A DNA stretch of 64,000 bases from Vicinamibacteria bacterium (lineage in GTDB: Bacteria > Acidobacteriota > Vicinamibacteria > Marinacidobacterales > Marinacidobacteraceae). Below are positions 62,443-64,000 of the stretch, in pieces; the stretch's first letter is position 1, and every line of letters starts with the position of its first letter. The DNA is taken from positions 2,944,001 through 3,008,000 of the forward strand of contig OY821641.1 in NCBI GenBank assembly GCA_963555995.3, written 5' to 3'. The notes beneath the pieces were generated by a model. It did no database searches, was not told where the DNA came from, and saw only the letters and a list, made by a program, of their open reading frames with translations. Made by a program: the position numbers and the translations under genes.

Positions 62443-64000
62443 ATGCGTCTTCAGATCAGCCTTCTCCTGAGCTTCGCCCTCGGCCTCCCCGCCGCGGCGC
62501 TCGCCCAGCCGGCGCCCGACGAACTCGGCGGACTCAAGTTCCGGCATATCGGACCGGTCGGGAACCGCACCCTCGCGGTCGTCGGCGTCCCGGGCGACCG
62601 GAACGTCTATTACGCCGGGGCCGCCACCGGCGGGATCTGGAAGACGGAGGACGCCGGCCTGAAATGGCGGCCGGTCTTCGACGACCAGGACGTCCACGCC
62701 ATCGGGGCGCTCGCGGTCGCCGAGTCCGACCCGAACATCGTCTGGGCCGGAACCGGCGAGACCTTCATCCGGGCGAACGTCTCCATCGGCATCGGGGTCT
62801 TCAAGTCCACCGACGCCGGCGAGACCTGGCAGCACATGGGCCTCGACGCGACGGCGCGCATCGGCCGCATCATCATCCACCCCACGAACCCGGACATCGT
62901 CTATGCGGCGTCCCTCGGCCACGCCTACGCGCCACAGCCGGAACGCGGGGTCTATCGCACCATGGACGGTGGGGAAACCTGGGAAAAGGTGCTCTTCGTG
63001 GACGAGGAGACCGGGGCCTCCGACATGGTCATGGACCCGAACAATCCCCGCATCCTGTTCGCCGGGATGTGGCAGCTCGCGCTCCGGACCTGGGGCCGGA
63101 TGAGCGGCGGGCCGGGCAGCGGGCTCTGGATGACCCGCGACGGCGGCGACACCTGGACCGAGCTCGAGGGCAACGGCCTGCCGATGTCCGACGTCGGGAA
63201 GATCGCGCTCTGCATGAGCAAGTCGGACTCCCGCCGGGTGTACGCGCTCATCGAGACCAGCGACGGCGTGCCCTACTTCGGCGTGGACTCGGCGGACTGG
63301 AGCACCGGCGAGGTCGAGAGCGGCGAACTCTGGGCGTCGAGCGACGGCGGGAAGACCTGGACGATCCAGACGCACAACCGCAACCTCTCCGGACGAAACG
63401 CCTACTACGCCCGCTGCGCGGCGGCGCCCGACGACCGCGACGAGGCCTATTTCCTGACCGCGTCGTTCGCTTCGACGCTGGATGCCGGGGTGACGCACCG
63501 GGTGCACGGCTTCAACGACGCCCCCGGCTGGGACCACCACGACATGTGGATTGACCACACGGACGCCGACCGGATGGCCGTCGCGCACGACGGCGGCGTC
63601 TCGATCTCGGAGAACCGGGGCAAGTCCTGGTTCAAGATCCAGCTCCCGCTCGCCCAGATGTACCACGTGACCGTGGACGACGCGATCCCCTACAACGTGC
63701 TCGGCAACCGGCAGGACGGACCCTCGACGCGGGGACCGAGCCGGGCGTTCACCGGCGGGTTCTTCAGTGCCGGCATTCCCCGCGGGATGTGGCACGGGGT
63801 CGGCGGCGGCGAGAGCGGCTTCGCCACCCCGGACCCGGTGGACCCGAACATCGTCTGGTCGAGCGCGTCCGGCTTCGGCGCGGCCGGCGGGATCGTGGTC
63901 CGCTACAACGAGACCAACCGCCAGTTCCGCCAGGTCGAGGTCTGGCCCGAGAGCACCGTGGGCTGGCCGGCGGAGACGCTCCGCTACCGGTTCCAGTGGG
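62443..64000 (+). CDS. Secreted VPS10/BNR-repeat (sortilin-like) protein, truncated at the window end
   Basis: MRLQISLLLSFALGLPAAALAQ...FRHIGPVGNR...GGIWKTEDAG..W, KSTDAGETW, TRDGGDTW Asp-boxes. GGAGG RBS. Confidence 0.9.
   Translation, partial: MRLQISLLLSFALGLPAAALAQPAPDELGGLKFRHIGPVGNRTLAVVGVPGDRNVYYAGAATGGIWKTEDAGLKWRPVFDDQDVHAIGALAVAESDPNIVWAGTGETFIRANVSIGIGVFKSTDAGETWQHMGLDATARIGRIIIHPTNPDIVYAASLGHAYAPQPERGVYRTMDGGETWEKVLFVDEETGASDMVMDPNNPRILFAGMWQLALRTWGRMSGGPGSGLWMTRDGGDTWTELEGNGLPMSDVGKIALCMSKSDSRRVYALIETSDGVPYFGVDSADWSTGEVESGELWASSDGGKTWTIQTHNRNLSGRNAYYARCAAAPDDRDEAYFLTASFASTLDAGVTHRVHGFNDAPGWDHHDMWIDHTDADRMAVAHDGGVSISENRGKSWFKIQLPLAQMYHVTVDDAIPYNVLGNRQDGPSTRGPSRAFTGGFFSAGIPRGMWHGVGGGESGFATPDPVDPNIVWSSASGFGAAGGIVVRYNETNRQFRQVEVWPESTVGWPAETLRYRFQW

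Noticed and set aside
60793-63795. 1156-aa ORF suggesting a giant TadA fusion
   Set aside because: The extension is antisense to the permease and VPS10 genes and crosses REP repeats. Only the last ~155 aa are TadA.

Overview
High-GC bacterial chromosome segment, most likely Acidobacteriota: the 16S 5' end reads GATCCTGGCTCAGAATC, and the carboxypeptidase-regulatory-domain TonB receptors, CRTAC1/ASPIC protein and VPS10/BNR protein fit this. It contains a complete minus-strand rRNA operon (16S, tRNA-Ile, tRNA-Ala, 23S, 5S), housekeeping genes (tyrS, purN, purM, argG, argH, tadA, tRNA-Ser), two toxin-antitoxin-like pairs, a SNF2 helicase with a degenerate SWIM partner, and about 20 REP-like palindromes, including a 316-bp tandem array. 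The most notable element is a 16-kb minus-strand metal-transport cluster (41.5-57.7 kb). Each of its three modules is headed by a small membrane-targeted, His-rich CxxCH peptide ending in the ribosome-arrest motif RAPP-A-stop (DUF2946/CruR-like leader). Two leaders are a duplicated, apparently leaderless cassette with conserved downstream RNA structure. One copy carries a 30-codon relic of the ABC ATPase N-terminus that is translationally coupled to a merC-like gene. An unexplained TTGACCGGAGCT array with 12/20-bp spacing lies at 25.5-25.85 kb. All family assignments come from motif recognition by eye; no database searches were run.
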